Positions 19,154 through 29,451 of a stretch of 64,000 nt of DNA are shown one piece after another. Positions within the stretch are counted from its first letter, which is position 1; each line of letters begins with the position of its first letter. The notes below the pieces were generated by a model. It ran no database searches and had not been told where the DNA came from. It saw only the letters and a program-made list of their open reading frames with translations. A program made the position numbers and the translations under genes. The stretch comes from Thiohalomonadaceae bacterium (lineage in GTDB: Bacteria; Pseudomonadota; Gammaproteobacteria; Thiohalomonadales; Thiohalomonadaceae): positions 37,877 through 101,876 of the forward strand of contig JBNLAT010000003.1 in assembly GCA_050302275.1 (NCBI GenBank), in the 5' to 3' direction.

Positions 19154-21028
19154 TTACTCCAGTGAATCCAGCTCTCTTCCGGCTAATGCCTTGCGAATCC
19201 CGTCATCCATCCGTCGAGCGGCGAATTCGCCTGAATCGTCGTTAAGCTTTTCGATGGCCTGCTTGATCGCTTTTTCGTCACTGCCCTGCTTCAGTTCACG
19301 CAGCTGGGCCATGCCCTGCTCCAGCGCCCCGCGCTCCTCGGCTGATAGCAGGCGTTCGCCGTCGGCGGCCAGCGCTGCTTCCAGCGCCTCCAGCACCCGA
19401 TCCGCCTCTACCTGTTGTTCACGCAGATTACGTGCGTCCATGTCGTCGCGGGCATGGGCCATGGAATCACGCAACATGGTGGAGATCTCGGTATCGGAAA
19501 GACCGTATGAAGGTTTGACCTGAATACTACTCTCTACTCCGGTGGTCTGTTCACGGGCACTGACCGAAAGCAGGCCGTCGGCATCGACCTGGAAGGTGAC
19601 GCGGATTCGCGCTGCCCCAGCCGCCATCGGCGGGATGCCACGTAGTTCGAAACGGGCCAGGGAGCGGCAGTCGCTGACCATCTCGCGCTCACCCTGTACC
19701 ACATGGATCGCCATCGCCGTCTGGCCGTCCTTGTAGGTAGTGAAATCCTGGGCACGGGCCACGGGAATGGTGGTATTGCGTGGAATCACCTTCTCCGCCA
19801 GACCGCCCATGGTCTCCAGTCCCAACGACAGAGGGATCACGTCGAGCAGCAGCATCTCCGCGTCGGGCTTATTGCCCACCAGTACATCGGCCTGCATCGC
19901 TGCGCCGATGGCCACCACCTCGTCCGGGTCGATATCAACCTTGGGCGCACGACCGAAGAATTCGCCCACCAGTTCGCGTACCCGTGGTACGCGGGTGGAA
20001 CCGCCGACCATGACCACATCGAGGATATCAGCTGCATCGACCCCAGCGTCCTTCAGGGCGCGACGGCAGGAGAGCAGGCTCTTGCGGATCAGCGGGTCGA
20101 TCAGTTTGTTCATCTGCTCGCGGTCGAGCCCCCCTTCCCAGTGCGAACCATCGGCCAGTTCCAGTTTCAGTTCGGTGCTATCGGCATCGGTCAGCGCCTC
20201 TTTGGCGGCGCAGGCATCGCGCATCAGTCGGCGCATCTGGTGATGATCGGCGTCGTCGGCAACCTTGGCCTCGACCATCATCCACTGGGCGATGGCGCGG
20301 TCCATATCGTCACCGCCGAGGGCTGAGTCGCCACCGGTGGCGAGCACTTCAAACACGCCCTTGTTCAGACGCAGGATGGATATATCGAAGGTACCGCCGC
20401 CCAGGTCGTAGACCGCGATCACCCCTTCCGAACCCTGGTCCAGACCGTAGGCGACCGCTGCAGCAGTCGGCTCGTTGAGTAGACGCAATACGTTCAAGCC
20501 GGCGAGACGCGCCGCATCCTTGGTCGCCTGACGCTGAGCATCGTCGAAATAGGCCGGAACGGTGATCACCACACCGGTGAGTTCGTCACCCAGGCTGGCC
20601 TCGGCGCGATCACGCAGGCTACGCAGGATATCGGCGGAGACCTCCACCGGACTGAAATCTCCAGCGACGGTATGAATGCGCGGCATACCGGAATCGGACT
20701 CGACAAATTCATAAGGCAGACGGCTACCCAGGCCTTTGATGTCGGCAAGGCCGCGGCCCATAAAGCGTTTAACCGAGATAATGGTGTTCAGAGGGTCCTG
20801 CGCCGCAGCCAGCTTTGCCTCTTTACCCACCACGCGACTGCCATCGGCCAGATAGCGCACCACCGATGGCAACAGGTGTTCACCATTGTCGTCGGCCAGG
20901 GTCTCGGCCGAGCCGCTCCGCACGGTCGCAACCAGAGAGTTGGTAGTGCCAAGGTCGATCCCCGCTGCCAATCGGTGCTGGTGGGGGGCGGCAGATTGTC
21001 CGGGTTCGCTGATTTGCAGAAGTGCCAT
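19154..21028 (-). CDS. hscA: Fe-S cluster assembly chaperone HscA (Hsp70)
   Basis: 624 aa with Hsp70 motifs [12 protein letters not shown] and DLGGGTFD. Confidence 0.96.
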   Translation of the reverse strand: MALLQISEPGQSAAPHQHRLAAGIDLGTTNSLVATVRSGSAETLADDNGEHLLPSVVRYLADGSRVVGKEAKLAAAQDPLNTIISVKRFMGRGLADIKGLGSRLPYEFVESDSGMPRIHTVAGDFSPVEVSADILRSLRDRAEASLGDELTGVVITVPAYFDDAQRQATKDAARLAGLNVLRLLNEPTAAAVAYGLDQGSEGVIAVYDLGGGTFDISILRLNKGVFEVLATGGDSALGGDDMDRAIAQWMMVEAKVADDADHHQMRRLMRDACAAKEALTDADSTELKLELADGSHWEGGLDREQMNKLIDPLIRKSLLSCRRALKDAGVDAADILDVVMVGGSTRVPRVRELVGEFFGRAPKVDIDPDEVVAIGAAMQADVLVGNKPDAEMLLLDVIPLSLGLETMGGLAEKVIPRNTTIPVARAQDFTTYKDGQTAMAIHVVQGEREMVSDCRSLARFELRGIPPMAAGAARIRVTFQVDADGLLSVSAREQTTGVESSIQVKPSYGLSDTEISTMLRDSMAHARDDMDARNLREQQVEADRVLEALEAALAADGERLLSAEERGALEQGMAQLRELKQGSDEKAIKQAIEKLNDDSGEFAARRMDDGIRKALAGRELDSLE

Positions 21029-21046
21029 GGGAACTCTTTGGTTTTT

Positions 21047-21589
21047 TTAACTAGCTTCGTGGACCAGATTCTCTTCCAGTTCGTCCAACTCATTAAGCAG
21101 ACGCTGCATGAACTGCATGCGACGCACCAGATCCTTGCCCTTCTCCAGTTCCTCACCCACCGAGAACAGCTGCTGTAACGATTCGACCAGTTGTCGCTCG
21201 TTGCTCTCGACGCGATCGCGGAGTTTGTTCAGTTCGGTGAAGGGGTCGTCCTTGCCACGTATTTCACTCAACTCCTCGCGCAACTCCATCTGCTCCATCA
21301 GGAACATCGGATCCATCGCGGTATCGTTATCGTCGAGGATAATATCGTTGAGTTGCAGCAGGTAGCGTGCCCGCGGCAGAGGTGACTTGAGGGTCTGAAA
21401 GGCTTCGTTAATCAGTGCCGTCTGCTGCAGAGAGAGACGTTTTTCCAGCTCACTGGCGTTGGCGAAACGATCAGGGTGGACGGTACGCTGCAGGTCGCGA
21501 TAGCGCAGCGAGAGATCTTCCAGATCGATCTCGAAAGCTACGGGCAGACCAAACAGTTCGAAGTAGTTTTTTCCTGTTACGGGCGCCAT
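21047..21589 (-). CDS. hscB: co-chaperone HscB
   Basis: 180 aa with a J-domain HPD motif (VHPDRF) and a helical C-terminal domain. Confidence 0.9.
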   Translation of the reverse strand: MAPVTGKNYFELFGLPVAFEIDLEDLSLRYRDLQRTVHPDRFANASELEKRLSLQQTALINEAFQTLKSPLPRARYLLQLNDIILDDNDTAMDPMFLMEQMELREELSEIRGKDDPFTELNKLRDRVESNERQLVESLQQLFSVGEELEKGKDLVRRMQFMQRLLNELDELEENLVHEAS

Positions 21590-21603
21590 CGCAAGGTACA
21601 GGA

Positions 21604-21927
21604 TTAGACGTTAAAGCTTTCGCCGCAGCCGCAGGAATCCTTGACGTTAGGATTATTGAACTTGAAGCCTTCGTTCAGTCCCTCCTTGGCGAAGTCGACT
21701 TCGGTACCGTCGAGATAGACCATGCTCTTTTCGTCGATGATCACCTTGACGCCGTTGCTCTCGAACACCTGATCGTCGTCGTTAACCTCGTCGGCAAACT
21801 CCAGCACATAGGCCATGCCGGAACAGCCGGAGGTACGCACACCCAGGCGCAGACCGGCGCCCTTGCCACGGTTGGCGAGGAAGTTCTTAACCCGTTCTGC
21901 TGCATTGTCAGTAAGAGTGATTGCCAT
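21604..21927 (-). CDS. iscA: iron-sulfur cluster insertion protein IscA
   Basis: 107 aa, A-type carrier. Cys in SGCSG and C-terminal CGCGESF. Confidence 0.93.
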   Translation of the reverse strand: MAITLTDNAAERVKNFLANRGKGAGLRLGVRTSGCSGMAYVLEFADEVNDDDQVFESNGVKVIIDEKSMVYLDGTEVDFAKEGLNEGFKFNNPNVKDSCGCGESFNV

Positions 21928-21941
21928 GACCGCCTCCGGAA

Positions 21942-22325
21942 TTACTTTTCCTGCTTGGTTTTGTAATCGGTAATGGCGGCGCGAATCGCGTCTTCAGCCA
22001 GTACCGAGCAGTGAACCTTGACCGGCGGCAACGCCAGCTCTTCGGCTATGTCACTGTTCTTGATCTCTGCCGCCTCATCCAGGGTCTTGCCCTTGAGCCA
22101 TTCGGTCACCAGGGAACTGGAGGCGATGGCGGAGCCACAACCGTAAGTTTTAAACCGCGCATCTTCGATCACACCGTTGTCATCGACCTTGATCTGCAGG
22201 CGCATCACGTCGCCGCAGGCAGGTGCGCCGACCATACCAGTACCCACGCCTTTGTCGTCCTTATCCAGGTTGCCGACATTACGCGGGTTTTCGTAGTGTT
22301 CCATCAGCTTGTCGCTGTATGACAT
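21942..22325 (-). CDS. iscU: Fe-S cluster scaffold IscU
   Basis: 127 aa with [28 protein letters not shown]. Confidence 0.96.
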   Translation of the reverse strand: MSYSDKLMEHYENPRNVGNLDKDDKGVGTGMVGAPACGDVMRLQIKVDDNGVIEDARFKTYGCGSAIASSSLVTEWLKGKTLDEAAEIKNSDIAEELALPPVKVHCSVLAEDAIRAAITDYKTKQEK

Positions 22326-22388
22326 CTTCAGTTTTCCTCACTTCGATCCGTGCCGCAGCGCGGCCTCTGGGGGGTGAGCAATTTTATC

Positions 22389-23606
22389 CTAATGCGCGCT
22401 CCACTGCACGGTAGAGAGGTCAATCCCCTCCTTGTACATATCCCACAACGGGGAAAGCTCACGCAGTTTGTTGATCTTCTGGTGAATCAGCTCCACGGTG
22501 CGGTCGATATCGGCCTCGGTGGTGAAGCGACCGATGCTGAAACGCAGCGAGCTATGCGCCAGTTCGTCGGGGCGACCAATGGCGCGCAGCACATAGGAGG
22601 GCTCAAGGCTGGCGGAGGTACAGGCCGAACCGGAAGAGACCGCCAGTTCAGAGAGCGCCATCATCAGCGATTCGCCTTCGACGTAGTTGAAGCTGATATT
22701 GAGGTTATGCGGCACCCGTTGCTGCAGATTGCCGTTGATATAAACCTCTTCAATATCCTTAAGCCCATCGAGCAGACGGTCGCGCAGTTTGATGATGCGC
22801 GCGTTCTCTTCGGCCATCTCCTCTTTCGCCAGGCGGAAGGCTTCCCCCATGCCGACGATCTGGTGCGTTGCCAGGGTACCGGAACGCATCCCACGTTCGT
22901 GACCGCCGCCGTGCATCTGTGCTTCGATACGGATACGCGGCTTGCGACGGACATAGAGGGCACCGATACCCTTGGGACCGTAAATCTTGTGTGCCGAGAG
23001 CGACATCAGATCGACGTTCATCTTGTCGACATCGATGGCAACCTTGCCGGCGCTCTGCGCGGCATCGACATGGAACAGAATCTTTTTGCTACGGCAGAGT
23101 TTGCCGATCGCTTCGATATCCTGAATTACGCCGATCTCGTTGTTCACGTGCATGATGGAGACGAGGATGGTGTCATCGCGCATCGCCGCTTCCAGTTTAC
23201 CGAGGTCGATCAGGCCGTCCTCTTCAGGGTCGAGGTAGGTCACCTCAAAGCCTTCGCGCTCCAGTTGGCGACAGGTATCCAGTACCGCCTTGTGTTCGGT
23301 CTTGCTGGTGATGATGTGCTTGCCTTTCTTGGCGTGGAAGTGGGCCACACCCTTGATCGCCAGGTTGTCCGACTCGGTCGCGCCAGAGGTCCAGACGATC
23401 TCCTTGGCATCGGCAGCGAGCAGATCCGCGACCTGCTGGCGAGCAAGTTCCACTGCCTCTTCCGCGCTCCAGCCATATTTGTGCGAGCGCGAAGCGGCGT
23501 TACCGAACAGGCCGTGCTCCATAGTGAGATACTTGCACATGAGTTCGGCCACACGTGGGTCAACAGGGGTGGTGGCCGAATAGTCGAGATAGATCGGGTT
23601 GTTCAT
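22389..23606 (-). CDS. iscS: cysteine desulfurase IscS
   Basis: 405 aa. PLP lysine in [12 protein letters not shown], catalytic loop [19 protein letters not shown], long C-terminal region. Confidence 0.96.
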   Translation of the reverse strand: MNNPIYLDYSATTPVDPRVAELMCKYLTMEHGLFGNAASRSHKYGWSAEEAVELARQQVADLLAADAKEIVWTSGATESDNLAIKGVAHFHAKKGKHIITSKTEHKAVLDTCRQLEREGFEVTYLDPEEDGLIDLGKLEAAMRDDTILVSIMHVNNEIGVIQDIEAIGKLCRSKKILFHVDAAQSAGKVAIDVDKMNVDLMSLSAHKIYGPKGIGALYVRRKPRIRIEAQMHGGGHERGMRSGTLATHQIVGMGEAFRLAKEEMAEENARIIKLRDRLLDGLKDIEEVYINGNLQQRVPHNLNISFNYVEGESLMMALSELAVSSGSACTSASLEPSYVLRAIGRPDELAHSSLRFSIGRFTTEADIDRTVELIHQKINKLRELSPLWDMYKEGIDLSTVQWSAH

Positions 23607-23637
23607 GCGTCATGCGCTCCAGTCATTTCGTTCCCCC

Positions 23638-24786
23638 TCACCAGCCGGTGTTGGCGGCCATTCTGCGTAGCTGCCCCACCTGCGACTCCAGCGCACCGAT
23701 GAGTAGATCCATATCCTTCGCTGTGTTGTCCTTCCCCAGGCTGATGCGGATAGCGCCCAACGCGATTTCCCGCGTCACACCCATCGCCTTCAGCACCGGG
23801 CTCGGCTCACTGTGTTCACTACCACAGGCGGAACCGCTTGAAACCTCAATACCGATCCGGTCCAGCGCCATGATCAGCGTCTGTCCTTCCAGTCCCGGTA
23901 TCGACATAAACACCGTGTTGCCTAAACGCTCTGCGTCTTCGGCGAAAATCACCGCTTCAGGCAACACCTGGCGCAGACGATTTTCAAAATAATGCTTCAG
24001 TTCTTCAAAGTGGCGACGGCGCTCAGCCAATTCAATACGCGCCAGTTCTGCCGCTTTACCAAAACCGACAATGGCCGCCAGATTTTCGGTGCCACCGCGA
24101 CGGTCACGCTCCTGTCCACCACCGTGGAGCAACGGTTCCAGGTCCACTGCCTTATCGACGATCAAGGCACCGACACCCTTCGGCCCGTAGAGCTTGTGCG
24201 CCGAGAGGCTCATCAGGTGGGCACCGCTGGCAGGGAAACTAACCTCCAGCTTACCCGCCGCCTGCACCGCATCTGTGTGAAACAGTACACCCCGTTCGCG
24301 ACACAGTTGCGCCAGCTCTGGCACCGGCTGAATGGCACCGGTCTCGTTGTTGGCCCACATCACCGAGGCGAGGCGAGTTTTCTGTGACAGGCATTCATCT
24401 AAGGCCGCAGCCTGACAGACACCATTCTCATCCACCGCCGCCATATCGACCGACCAGCCTAAACGCTTGAGCGCTTCGGCAGACGCACGCACCGAGGCAT
24501 GCTCGATAGCGCTGATCACGACTTGACCCGGGGAGGAACGGAAGGCAACACCCTTGAGCGCGGCGTTGTTCGCTTCGGTACCGCCGCTGGTGAAAATCAC
24601 CTGACCTGGGTAGGCCGACACCAACTGCGCCACCTGCTCACGTGCGTTATCCAGCGCGGCACGCGCCTGGCGTCCGCTGCTATGTACGCTGGAGGGATTG
24701 CCGAAACCGGTTTGTAGCCAGGGCAGCATCGCCTCCACCACCCGTTCATCCACGGGCGTGGTGGCGTTATGGTCCAGATAGACCAC
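23638..24786 (-). CDS. second, shorter NifS/IscS-like class I cysteine desulfurase
   Basis: 382 aa. PLP lysine in SLSAHKLYGPKG and catalytic Cys in SSGSACGS. Lacks the C-terminal extension of the adjacent IscS. Located between iscR and iscS. Confidence 0.88.
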   Translation of the reverse strand: MVYLDHNATTPVDERVVEAMLPWLQTGFGNPSSVHSSGRQARAALDNAREQVAQLVSAYPGQVIFTSGGTEANNAALKGVAFRSSPGQVVISAIEHASVRASAEALKRLGWSVDMAAVDENGVCQAAALDECLSQKTRLASVMWANNETGAIQPVPELAQLCRERGVLFHTDAVQAAGKLEVSFPASGAHLMSLSAHKLYGPKGVGALIVDKAVDLEPLLHGGGQERDRRGGTENLAAIVGFGKAAELARIELAERRRHFEELKHYFENRLRQVLPEAVIFAEDAERLGNTVFMSIPGLEGQTLIMALDRIGIEVSSGSACGSEHSEPSPVLKAMGVTREIALGAIRISLGKDNTAKDMDLLIGALESQVGQLRRMAANTGW

Positions 24787-24800
24787 AGTGTGGAACCAGC

Positions 24801-25277
24801 TTAAACGGTGACGCCGGTTTCCAGACTGCTGCTGGCGCCGAGCTTGCTGTCCTGGCGCGCGGCCACGTCCTGCACACCCTTGCGCTCAACCAGTTGCTCC
24901 AGATCGATACCCTTGAGGAAGTTAAGGATCTGATCGCTCAGGTCGCACCACAGTTCGTGAGTCAGACACGGCCCGTTGTCCTGGCAGTTGCCCTTACCGT
25001 CGCAACGCATCGCGTCAACCTTTTCGTCCACCGCAGTGATCACATCGGCTACGCAAATCTCGGCAGCGTTACGGCTCAGACGATAGCCACCACCCGGACC
25101 ACGGGCGCTGTCTACCAGACCGTTCTTACGCAGCCGGGAAAAAAGTTGCTCCAGATACGACAGGGAAATCCCCTGGCGCTTGGAGATATCAGCAAGTGTG
25201 ATCGGACCGCTCTTGTAGTGGATAGCAAGATCGAGCATGGCAGTTACTGCATATCGGCCCTTGGTTGTGAGTCTCAT
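24801..25277 (-). CDS. iscR: Fe-S cluster assembly transcriptional regulator IscR (Rrf2 family)
   Basis: 158 aa. Starts [18 protein letters not shown], with cluster ligands spaced C-x5-C-x5-C ([13 protein letters not shown]). Confidence 0.93.
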   Translation of the reverse strand: MRLTTKGRYAVTAMLDLAIHYKSGPITLADISKRQGISLSYLEQLFSRLRKNGLVDSARGPGGGYRLSRNAAEICVADVITAVDEKVDAMRCDGKGNCQDNGPCLTHELWCDLSDQILNFLKGIDLEQLVERKGVQDVAARQDSKLGASSSLETGVTV

Positions 25278-25336
25278 TGCCTTCTCCCATTAATCCCAGT
25301 AATATTATGTGGCTTTAGCACGGTGGCTAAAGTATC

Positions 25337-25361
25337 AAAACCTAGTAATTCAGTCAACTAT
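25337..25361 (-). promoter_or_regulatory. candidate IscR type-1 operator overlapping a -35 element
   Basis: Minus strand reads ATAGTTGACTGAATTACTAGGTTTT. From memory this closely resembles the E. coli iscR-promoter type-1 site ATAGTTGACCAATTTACTCGGGAAT. It lies ~60-85 nt upstream of the iscR ATG and overlaps the cysE stop. Confidence 0.45.
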
Positions 25362-26166
25362 AATCCTGCGTATTTTCTCCGGTTTCCAACCGCTCACCGC
25401 TCAGGTCATCCTCCTCCCCTGAACTGATGCCGCACGGGCCCAGCGTCGGCAGGTCTACATCGCCCAATTCCGCGCCCAGACTCTTGATCGCACCACACAT
25501 GGTCTCCATCTTGCCGTCCATCGCATGGATGTGGTCGAGCATACAGTTGATGGCATGGGCCACCGGGTCGGGCATGTCAGCGGTGGTGCCGTAGGCGTCG
25601 AAACCGATCTTTTCGGCGGTCGCCTGGCGCTGTTCCTGCTTTTCGTCGCTCACGGGTCGCTTAACGATGCGGCCCGGTACACCCACCACGGTGGTCCCGT
25701 CGGGGACCCCTTTGACCACCACGGCATTGGAGCCGATACGGGCATCATTGCCGATCAGGATCGGCCCCAGTACCTTGGCTCCTGCCCCGACCACCACATT
25801 GTTACCCAGGGTCGGGTGACGCTTACCTTTGTTCCAGCTGGTACCACCGAGAGTGACGCCATGGTAGATGGTGCAATCGTCACCAATAATTGCCGTCTCA
25901 CCGATCACCACACCCATGCCATGGTCAATAAAGAAGCGCTGACCGATCTGGGCACCCGGGTGGATCTCGATGCCTGTCAGCCAGCGAGCCAGACCCGAAA
26001 GCACCCGCGCCAGCCACTTCCAGCCTGCGTTCCAGAGGCGGTGGGAAAGGCGATGAAACAACACCGCGTGCAGGCCGGGATAGGCAGTCAGGACCTCAAA
26101 AGTCGTGCGTGCCGCAGGGTCGCGCTGGAAAATTACATCGATGTCTTCGCGCAGGCGATTAAACAT
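25354..26166 (-). CDS. cysE: serine O-acetyltransferase
   Basis: 270 aa with left-handed beta-helix hexapeptide repeats ([34 protein letters not shown]). Sits upstream of iscR as in Azotobacter-type isc loci. Confidence 0.9.
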   Translation of the reverse strand: MFNRLREDIDVIFQRDPAARTTFEVLTAYPGLHAVLFHRLSHRLWNAGWKWLARVLSGLARWLTGIEIHPGAQIGQRFFIDHGMGVVIGETAIIGDDCTIYHGVTLGGTSWNKGKRHPTLGNNVVVGAGAKVLGPILIGNDARIGSNAVVVKGVPDGTTVVGVPGRIVKRPVSDEKQEQRQATAEKIGFDAYGTTADMPDPVAHAINCMLDHIHAMDGKMETMCGAIKSLGAELGDVDLPTLGPCGISSGEEDDLSGERLETGENTQDYS

Positions 26167-26252
26167 GGTTAAACGGTAATACCTGATAAGAGTGAAGGGC
26201 CTTATTCTTGCACAGCGAGCGGGGCATTGCGAGCGTGGCAGGATTGCCGGGC

Positions 26253-27017
26253 TTAATCCGATTTTTTCAGCCGTTTCATCACACTGGTGAGGATACCGCG
26301 CAGGATATTGACCTCCGCCTTCTCCATTTCAGCCCGGTTGAACAGTCGCCGCAGACGGCGCATCAACAGGCGTGGATTTTCCGGGTCGAGAAAATCGAGC
26401 GCAACCAGGGTCTGCTCAAGATGAGTGAAGAACCCTTCCACCTCATCCGCCGAAGCAGGTAAGTCGGCCTTGTTAGACGTTGTCCCCTGCCATTCGCCCA
26501 GCCGCGCCATGTGGAACTCGTAGCTAATCACCTGAATCGCCGCGGCAATATTAAGCGAGCTGAAATCGGGGTTGGTGGGAATGTGCACCAGATAATTACA
26601 CAGCTCCAGTTCCTCATTCGTTAGCCCAGAATCCTCCCGGCCAAACAGCACCGCTATCTCATCGCCCTCCTCTCTCGCGGCGACCAGCTCGGCACAACCC
26701 CGCACATCCACCTGTGGCCAGGGGATAGTGCGCAGACTACGGGCACTGGCACCAAAAACCAGCGAGCACCCTTCCAGGGCCTCGGTCAGGCTGTCGCAGA
26801 CCACCGCTTTGTCTAATAGATCTTCCGCGCCGGAGGCACGCGAGGTCGCTTCGCGGTGGGGAAAGAGAACGGGATTGACCAGATAGAGTCGATCCAGCGC
26901 CATGTTTTTCATCGCCCGCGCCGCGCCGCCGATGTTGCCGGGATGAGAAGTCTCGACCATCACGATACGAATACGGGGAAATTTCTTCGCTTGCGTACTA
27001 ATGCTTTTATCCACCAT
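26253..27017 (-). CDS. trmJ: tRNA (cytidine/uridine-2'-O)-methyltransferase TrmJ (SpoU family)
   Basis: 254 aa with SPOUT motifs ([22 protein letters not shown]). Conserved position beside suhB. Confidence 0.9.
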   Translation of the reverse strand: MVDKSISTQAKKFPRIRIVMVETSHPGNIGGAARAMKNMALDRLYLVNPVLFPHREATSRASGAEDLLDKAVVCDSLTEALEGCSLVFGASARSLRTIPWPQVDVRGCAELVAAREEGDEIAVLFGREDSGLTNEELELCNYLVHIPTNPDFSSLNIAAAIQVISYEFHMARLGEWQGTTSNKADLPASADEVEGFFTHLEQTLVALDFLDPENPRLLMRRLRRLFNRAEMEKAEVNILRGILTSVMKRLKKSD

Positions 27018-27075
27018 TTTGTTTAGAATGCGTCCCGCTATGATGCTAGCTAACTAGCATGTGGCCTGTACTCGA

Positions 27076-27201
27076 GTCAAAATTAGCGAGCGCAGGTGAG
27101 ACAAGGCAAAAATGAACGAAAAAGCGGAGTTTACGTATCAAGTAAATGAGCATTTTGAGTTCATTTTTAACGCCGTATCACCAAGCACAGCAATTTTGAC
27201 T
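27076..27201 (+). repeat. Copy C (divergent) of the imperfect-palindrome intergenic repeat
   Basis: Shares termini GTCAAAAT.../...ATTTTGAC, the block TGAGACAAGGC, and the core GAGTTTAC-N7-AGTAAATGAGCA with copies A and B. Its arms differ in sequence but remain self-complementary (AAAAATGAAC / GTTCATTTTT). Confidence 0.7.
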
Positions 27202-27228
27202 GCTATTTAATAATTTGGAGGCTGTCCC

Positions 27229-28026
27229 ATGCATCCCATGCTGAACATTGCCGTGCGCGCTGCACGACAAGCCGGCAACATTATCGCCCGTTCCTTCCCT
27301 CATGTGGATAGCCTCAGCGTCGATACCAAATCACGCAACGATTTTGTCAGTGATGTCGATCGCCTCGCCGAGCAGGAGATCATCAATACCATCCACAAGG
27401 CCTACCCCGACCATGCCATTCTCGCTGAAGAGAGCGGCAGCAGCGGCGACAGTGAATATGTGTGGATTATCGACCCCCTCGACGGCACCACCAACTTCCT
27501 TCATGGCTTCCCGCAATTTGCGGTCTCCATCGCCCTGAGTTTCCGCGGCAAGCTGGATCAGGCTGTCGTCTACGACCCGATTAGCCAGGATCTCTACACC
27601 GCCAGCCGCGGTGCCGGCGCGCAACTTAACGGCCGCCGCATCCGCGTTGCCAGCCGCAAGACCCTGGATGGTGCCCTGCTCGGCACCGGCTTCCCATTCA
27701 AGGATAACGGCCTGCTCGACACCTATCTGGACACCTTTAAGGCGCTGTTCGGTGACACCGCCGGTATTCGCCGTCCCGGCTCTGCCGCGCTGGATCTGGC
27801 CTACGTGGCCGCTGGCCGCATCGATGGTTTCTGGGAGTTTGCCCTCAACCCGTGGGATATGGCCGCCGGTGCGCTGCTGATCCAGGAAGCGGGTGGCAAG
27901 GTCGGTGACTTTGCCGGTGGAGACGAGTTCCTCGAAAGCGGCAACGTGATCGCCGGAAACCTGAAGGTGTACGACGCCATGCTTAAGCGTATCCGTCCCT
28001 GCCTGCCACCGGAAATCACCAAGTAA
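27229..28026 (+). CDS. suhB: inositol monophosphatase family protein
   Basis: 265 aa with motifs EESG, WIIDPLDGTTNF, WDMAAG. Confidence 0.93.
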   Translation: MHPMLNIAVRAARQAGNIIARSFPHVDSLSVDTKSRNDFVSDVDRLAEQEIINTIHKAYPDHAILAEESGSSGDSEYVWIIDPLDGTTNFLHGFPQFAVSIALSFRGKLDQAVVYDPISQDLYTASRGAGAQLNGRRIRVASRKTLDGALLGTGFPFKDNGLLDTYLDTFKALFGDTAGIRRPGSAALDLAYVAAGRIDGFWEFALNPWDMAAGALLIQEAGGKVGDFAGGDEFLESGNVIAGNLKVYDAMLKRIRPCLPPEITK

Positions 28027-28089
28027 CAACCATTAAAGTTTATTGCCGCAGGACCGTTAACCCTCATATCGGGATCGGGATATGGGGCA

Positions 28090-28338
28090 ATGGCGGAACA
28101 TCAGATCAATCAGAAGCTGGCACTGGAGATGACCATGCAGGAAGTGCTTGGCAATCTGGAGGAGCTGGCCCTCGACTTCGGCTACCGTGATGGTGAGGAT
28201 TGCTTCGAGATCCTCTCTATCGAGACGCCCGAAGCGACGGAAACCACTGCGCAGACAGATAGCGGCAGCCGTATACGTTCCCCACTGGAACGAACGCCCA
28301 CATCTATCACACAACAAAAGCAACGCCGTGTTGCCTGA
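28090..28338 (+). CDS. hypothetical acidic small protein
   Basis: 82-aa ORF followed immediately by a strong terminator. Weak SD and no recognisable family. Confidence 0.4.
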   Translation: MAEHQINQKLALEMTMQEVLGNLEELALDFGYRDGEDCFEILSIETPEATETTAQTDSGSRIRSPLERTPTSITQQKQRRVA

Positions 28339-28340
28339 TC

Positions 28341-28368
28341 AAAAAAGCCCGCTGTAGCGGGATTTTTT
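28341..28368. terminator. bidirectional Rho-independent terminator
   Basis: A6-GCCCGC-TGTA-GCGGG-A-T6. Lies between convergent genes. Confidence 0.7.
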
Positions 28369-28386
28369 ATCGAATCTATCACCAAC

Positions 28387-29220
28387 TCAACCAGCACAGC
28401 TCAGGCGGAAACTATCGTCCAGATCCAGCGGCAAGATTAAGGTCTTGAACTGGCGATTGAGGGAATCGGTACACAATGCCTGACGCCTACTGGCATCGGT
28501 GACATAAACAGAACGGTATTCGATATTGAAAACCGGTTTACCCTGTGCGACAAACGGTGCCAGCAGATCGCACTCGTTATATTCAAAGCACTGTTCGTTA
28601 ACAGCAAAGTCAAAATCGGTAGCCAGATCGGCGACCTGATCCAGATCGTTTTTCAATCCGACGGAAAGGCCACGGTTATGCGCCTCGCGGGCGAGCATGC
28701 GATTGTAGGCTAGCTGATCCGCCGCACTTAAGTTAAATCCAGAATTATTGCTATAACCATCGACGTTATCCGGGTCGACACCATCGCATCCCTTCTGCAC
28801 CGCCAGGTCCATCCGTGCCTGCATAATCGTCACTACCGCAGCAGAGCGAACATCGAGCCAGCGCTCCCCTGGCCAACCGGAAAGATTATTTCCCAAATCG
28901 ACTGCCGCAAACAGATCCGCATCGGGACGCCAGTTTTCATAGGAACCGGCGGAGAAGTAACAAATCACTTTTCTTCCCGTCGCCTGTATCGAGGCAATTT
29001 GATCGGTTGAGGAGTCGAACAGGTCGATATCGTAGATACTCACTGGATAACTTGAATTAATCGTCCCGGTCAGTTGAATCTGCCAATCGGTGGAAAGTGG
29101 AGGCTGATACCAGACACCGGCTGCTGCCTGACTGCCAGCTTGTGTGGAATCAGGAACCGTACTCATCGACTCACAGGCAGAGAGGAATACAAATGAAAGA
29201 AGAACAATATATCGAATCAT
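28387..29220 (-). CDS. GH114-like endo-alpha-1,4-polygalactosaminidase family lipoprotein
   Basis: Start placed at MIRYIVLLSFVFLSAC (lipobox). TIM-barrel-like blocks VICYFSAGSYENWRPD, GCDGVDPDNVD and GLKND resemble GH114 / PelA-hydrolase-type enzymes. Confidence 0.7.
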   Translation of the reverse strand: MIRYIVLLSFVFLSACESMSTVPDSTQAGSQAAAGVWYQPPLSTDWQIQLTGTINSSYPVSIYDIDLFDSSTDQIASIQATGRKVICYFSAGSYENWRPDADLFAAVDLGNNLSGWPGERWLDVRSAAVVTIMQARMDLAVQKGCDGVDPDNVDGYSNNSGFNLSAADQLAYNRMLAREAHNRGLSVGLKNDLDQVADLATDFDFAVNEQCFEYNECDLLAPFVAQGKPVFNIEYRSVYVTDASRRQALCTDSLNRQFKTLILPLDLDDSFRLSCAG

Positions 29221-29401
29221 GGCCGCTACCCATCCTTGCACACGTTGCTACGTAGCCGAATAGGAGCGTAGAAAGGAGACGACCTGCTCACTGTGAGGCA
29301 GGTAACACTTATATCTTTATTTATGTGACTGGTGACTCACTACGCGCAGTTTGGTGTTATGAACATCACTACACTTTGACTGGCCTTCACAATTCTGCAA
29401 C

Positions 29402-29424
29402 AAAAAAGCCCGCAAAAGCGGGCT
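29402..29424 (-). terminator. Rho-independent terminator after secF
   Basis: Stem AGCCCGC/GCGGGCT (29407-29413/29418-29424), loop AAAA. T6 follows on the minus strand. Confidence 0.7.
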
Positions 29425-29451
29425 TCTTTAATATTGCAGGATACCGGTATC

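Noticed and set aside
22350-23702. 450-aa ORF on the + strand
   Set aside because: It is a mirror frame of iscS, whose PLP and catalytic motifs are unambiguous on the minus strand. No recognisable domain. GC-driven open frame.
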